From NCBI GenBank assembly GCA_025449535.1, contig JANWJF010000001.1, positions 677,136 to 741,135 of the forward strand: 64,000 bases of DNA, read 5' to 3'. A program made the translations under genes and the position numbers. The notes under the pieces are model-generated. The model saw only the letters and a list, made by a program, of their open reading frames with translations, searched no databases and had not been told where the DNA came from. Each line of letters starts with the position of its first letter. Within the stretch, counting starts at the first letter, position 1. Shown here one piece after another: positions 60,653 to 64,000 of this stretch. The DNA is from Candidatus Saccharimonadia bacterium (lineage in GTDB: Bacteria > Patescibacteriota > SICC01).

Positions 60653-63315
60653 GCGAACCGCGAACGCCGCTGGTCATCACGGAGGTACCCGAGCGGGTTG
60701 CCAGGCCCGACGGTCACCCCGCCGCCCGATGTCGGTGACGGCTCGGGCGTAGGCTCGTCCCCGCCGACGGTCACTCGCACGGAGTCCGTCGCGGTCTCGG
60801 TATCGCCGGAGTTGCCGAACGAAAGGCCGTGGGCCCGGATCCAAGCCTGGACCGGATCCTCCCAGTTGGGGTTGTTCGGCCGTTCGCTATGCAGGGCGCC
60901 GGCATTGTCGATGTCATCGGTGCAGTCGCCGCCGGTGGCGGTCGCGGTGATGGTGTGCGACCCGTCGCTAAGCGTGGTGCTGGCGGAGAACGGCGGGGCG
61001 GTGTCGGTCGCGATCACGGCACCGTCCACGCTGAACTGGACCTGCTCGATTCCCGCGCCGTCGCGCGGGGTCGTGGCCGTGGCGGAGATATTCACCGTGC
61101 CGGGATCGATCGTGCCGCCGGTCGGGCTGGTCAGGGATACGTCCGGCTTGCATTCCTCGGGGTTCGGACCCTCGCCGGACTCGCTCTTCTGCTTCGGCGC
61201 GTTGCCGTTCGTGAAGACGTCCGTCTTGGTCTGGCGGGTGAATTGGCTCGGCAGCAAGCCGGTCAACCGGTCGACGCGCAGCTCCTTGATGCCGCTCGGA
61301 CGTTCGAACGGCGTTACCGTATCCTCTGCCAGGACGCGCTGCATGAAGTCGTGCCAGATCGGTGCTGCCGCCCGGCTGCCGCCGGTCTCGTTCATCGGGG
61401 TGTTGTCGTTGTTCCCGACCCAGACGCCGGCGGAGAGCTGCGGCGTATACCCGACCGTCCAGGCGTCCCGGAAGCTGTCGGTGGTACCGGTCTTGGCGGC
61501 CGTGTCCGGTCGGCCGGGCAAGGTCAGCGGGCCGCCGCTGCCGAACTGTGGCGCCCGGGCCTGGTCGTCGGAGAGGACATCCGAGATCTGGTAGGCGAGG
61601 TCCTTGGAGACCACCTCCTCGCCCTTCCGGAAGTCCCCGGTGATGTCGTCCGTCACGTCGTCGCCGTCCCGGTCGGTCACCTTGATGATCGCCGTGGCCG
61701 TGGTGTGGGTCCCGTTGGGGTTGCTCCGCCGGACCGCGGCCACGCCCTGGTTGGCCAGGACGTTGTACGCCGAGGTCAACTCGAGCAGCTTCACCTCGCC
61801 GCCGCCGAGTACCAGCGAGTCGCCGTAACGGTCGGGGTCGTTCAGCGTAGTGATGCCGAGCTCATGCGCCAGGTCGGTGGCCGTCCGGACGCCGATCAAG
61901 TCGAGTACCTTCACGGCAGGGACGTTCAACGATTGCTGCAGCGCGTCCCGGGCGCTGACCGGCCCGCGGAACGTGCGGTCGTAGTTGTTCGGGGCGTACC
62001 CGCCGCCGAAGTCCGTCTTCACGTCCCAGAGCAGGGTGGCCGGGTTCATCGCCAAAGGCTTCTCAAGGTTGTTGAGCTGGCCCTTCTTGAACGCGGCCAG
62101 GTAGACGATCGGCTTGAAGGAGGATCCCGGCTGCCGGTCGGCGGTAGACACGTTCACGTTCCCGTCGCCGGCCGTGTCGAAGAAGTCCACGCTGCCGACC
62201 ATCGCCTCGATCTGGCCGTTCTTCGGGTTGACCGCGGTCAGCCCGGCGTTCGACGCGCCGTACAGCCCGAAGTTGCCCCGGGCTTGGGTGATCACGTCCT
62301 CGGCGATATCCTGCTTCTGCGGGTCGAGGGTAGTGACGACCTTGTAGCCGCCTTCCTGGACCGCCTTCGCGCCGAGCTCACGCTCCAGCTGCTGCCGGAC
62401 ATAGAAGACGAAGTGCGGCGCCCTGATGTCCTCGCCCCGGGCGGCCGCGAACTGCAGGCCTTTCTTCACCTGGGCCACGGCCCGGTCGTACTCGGCCTGG
62501 TCGACGTGCTTCTCGTTCTTCATCTGCTCGAGTACGAACAGCGTCCGTTCGCGCAGCCGGTCCTTGTCGCCGATATACGGCGAGTAGAGGCTGGGGGCTT
62601 GCGGCAGCGCGGCCAGCGTCGCGCACTCCGGAAGCGTCAGCGCCGCGGCCGGCTTGGCGAAGTACGTCTGGGAGGCCGCCTCGATGCCGTAGGCGTTGTG
62701 GCCGTAGGGGATCTCGTTGAGGTAGAGCTTGAGGATCTGGTCCTTGGAGAACATCTGCTCGATCTCCAGCGAGAGGATCAGCTCCTTGGCCTTCCGGGTG
62801 TATGTCCGCTCCGGGGAGAGCAAGGCGTTCTTCACCAACTGCTGGGTGATCGTCGAGCCGCCCTGGCTGGTCTGGCCGAACTCCAGGTTGACGATCAGGG
62901 CGCGGGCCATGCCGCGCGGATCGAGTCCCTGGTGCTTGTAGAAGCTCTTGTCCTCGGTGGCGACGGTGGCCTCCTTGATGCACTTCGGCATCTGGCTGAA
63001 GAGGATCCGGCTGCGGTTCTTGTCGCCGCGGATCTTGTAGAGCAGGGTCTTGCCGTCGCGGGCGTAGACCGAGGTCGCTTCGGCCCGGGCGTCGTTGACC
63101 CGGCCGGGCAGGGGGAGGCCGATCGAAGCGATCGCCAGGAACAGGCAGAGCACGAAGAACCCGCCGGAGCCGGAAAGCTTCAGGACGCGCTTCTTGCGCC
63201 ATTGGCCCTGGGCATCCTTCCAGACCTTCCCGCCGTCGGCGGTCAGTCGGTCCTTGGCGAACAGGTCCACGATTGCGTTTTTGATCCTACCCATGTACGG
63301 TGCAGCGCTAGCCAT
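60649..63315 (-). CDS. bifunctional penicillin-binding protein 1A (glycosyltransferase + transpeptidase) with C-terminal Ig-like/Pro-Thr-rich extensions
   Basis: GT51 motifs (EDKSFYKHQG, GGSTITQQL), transpeptidase SxxK/SxN/KTG; ATG at 63315 (the track start at 63342 is a TTG). Confidence 0.9.
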   Translation of the reverse strand: MASAAPYMGRIKNAIVDLFAKDRLTADGGKVWKDAQGQWRKKRVLKLSGSGGFFVLCLFLAIASIGLPLPGRVNDARAEATSVYARDGKTLLYKIRGDKNRSRILFSQMPKCIKEATVATEDKSFYKHQGLDPRGMARALIVNLEFGQTSQGGSTITQQLVKNALLSPERTYTRKAKELILSLEIEQMFSKDQILKLYLNEIPYGHNAYGIEAASQTYFAKPAAALTLPECATLAALPQAPSLYSPYIGDKDRLRERTLFVLEQMKNEKHVDQAEYDRAVAQVKKGLQFAAARGEDIRAPHFVFYVRQQLERELGAKAVQEGGYKVVTTLDPQKQDIAEDVITQARGNFGLYGASNAGLTAVNPKNGQIEAMVGSVDFFDTAGDGNVNVSTADRQPGSSFKPIVYLAAFKKGQLNNLEKPLAMNPATLLWDVKTDFGGGYAPNNYDRTFRGPVSARDALQQSLNVPAVKVLDLIGVRTATDLAHELGITTLNDPDRYGDSLVLGGGEVKLLELTSAYNVLANQGVAAVRRSNPNGTHTTATAIIKVTDRDGDDVTDDITGDFRKGEEVVSKDLAYQISDVLSDDQARAPQFGSGGPLTLPGRPDTAAKTGTTDSFRDAWTVGYTPQLSAGVWVGNNDNTPMNETGGSRAAAPIWHDFMQRVLAEDTVTPFERPSGIKELRVDRLTGLLPSQFTRQTKTDVFTNGNAPKQKSESGEGPNPEECKPDVSLTSPTGGTIDPGTVNISATATTPRDGAGIEQVQFSVDGAVIATDTAPPFSASTTLSDGSHTITATATGGDCTDDIDNAGALHSERPNNPNWEDPVQAWIRAHGLSFGNSGDTETATDSVRVTVGGDEPTPEPSPTSGGGVTVGPGNPLGYLRDDQRRSRFA

Positions 63316-63351
63316 ATAAGTATAGCTATAATGGGATGGCAAGGCAGAGAG

Positions 63352-64000
63352 ATGGCAAATTCCTCAACCAAGGCGGATTCCGAGAAGGACGCGCGTATCG
63401 CGCGGCTGATCGACCGTGGCACGGACACGATCTACCCGTCGCGTGAAGCGCTCCTGAAGCTGCTGCAAGGCAAGCGCAAGCTCAAGGTATACCTCGGGAT
63501 GGACCCGACCTCGCCGGACCTGCACATCGGGCATCTGATCGTGCTGCAGAAGATGCGGCACTTCCAGGAGCTCGGCCACGAGGTGATCCTGGTATTCGGG
63601 GACTTCACGGCCCGGACCGGCGACCCCACCGACAAGCAGGCGACCCGGAAGCCGCTGACCAAGACCCAGGTGGTCCGGAACGCCCGGGCGTACAAACGCC
63701 AGGTGAAGGCCTTCCTCAAGTTCCGCGGCGCCAACCCGGCTCGGGTCGAGTTCAACTCGAGCTGGCTGGAGCCGATGGACTTCGCCGACGTCGCCGAGCT
63801 GGCACAGCACTTCACCGTACAGCAGCTGTTGGAGCGCGACATGTTCGAACGCCGGATGAACCAGAACAAGCCGATCAGCCTCCGGGAGTTCCTCTACCCG
63901 CTGATGCAGGGATACGACTCGGTGGCCCTGAACGTGGACGTGGAAGTCGGCGCCACCGACCAGACTTACAACATGCTGCAGGGCCGGAAGCTCCTCAAGG
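63352..64000 (+). CDS. tyrS: tyrosyl-tRNA synthetase, 5' part (runs off the window)
   Basis: HIGH motif (PDLHIGHL); TATAAT hexamer and an aaggcagagag ribosome-binding site upstream. Confidence 0.85.
   Translation, partial: MANSSTKADSEKDARIARLIDRGTDTIYPSREALLKLLQGKRKLKVYLGMDPTSPDLHIGHLIVLQKMRHFQELGHEVILVFGDFTARTGDPTDKQATRKPLTKTQVVRNARAYKRQVKAFLKFRGANPARVEFNSSWLEPMDFADVAELAQHFTVQQLLERDMFERRMNQNKPISLREFLYPLMQGYDSVALNVDVEVGATDQTYNMLQGRKLLK

Overview
This 64 kb window is a high-GC (~65%) chromosomal segment from an actinobacterium-like genome. Supporting features are tandem mIHF-like genes, many leaderless genes with a TANNNT hexamer ~6-9 nt upstream of the start codon, and frequent ATGA/GTGA translational coupling. 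No rRNA genes or CRISPR arrays were seen.

Housekeeping genes recognised: trxA-trxB, leuS, yceD-rpmF, nusB, rnc, smc, rpsP-KH-trmD, uvrB, uvrA, uvrC, trpF, secG, ligA, gatCAB, dnaE, rplS-rnhB-yraN, nusA, clpC, yacL-like, tgt, ppa, mpg, a PBP1A gene and the start of tyrS.

An eight-gene tRNA cluster lies at 30.3-32.4 kb: Leu-CAG, Leu-GAG, Val-TAC, Phe-GAA, Gly-GCC, Cys-GCA, Leu-TAA, plus a truncated Val 5' copy. There is also a tRNA-Ala(GGC) at 5.2 kb.

The main observations worth a second look are:
- A ~2 kb low-GC islet (3229-5218) inserted at the 3' end of tRNA-Ala, bounded by a degenerate copy of the tRNA 3' end. It carries a PIN-domain nuclease gene, a possible small partner ORF, an unknown 252-aa gene and a G13 homopolymer tract.
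- A type-II, Ser-like tRNA gene with anticodon CUA (predicted amber suppressor) sitting exactly where rimM is missing between the KH-protein gene and trmD. It is preceded by a 15-bp-stem hairpin.
- Two 82-nt paralogous structured elements with compensatory base changes, each immediately 3' of a tRNA.
- Truncated 5' tRNA duplicates upstream of tRNA-Val and tRNA-Ala that share a 16-nt junction motif.
- A hingeless 824-aa SMC, a mosaic low-GC 3' segment inside gatB, and a HEPN-motif membrane protein inserted in the gatCAB operon.
- Several single-gene low-GC insertions, and a long noncoding leader with a terminator upstream of a three-gene NUDIX operon.

All functional calls rest on motif-level reading of the translated ORFs. 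None has been checked by database search.
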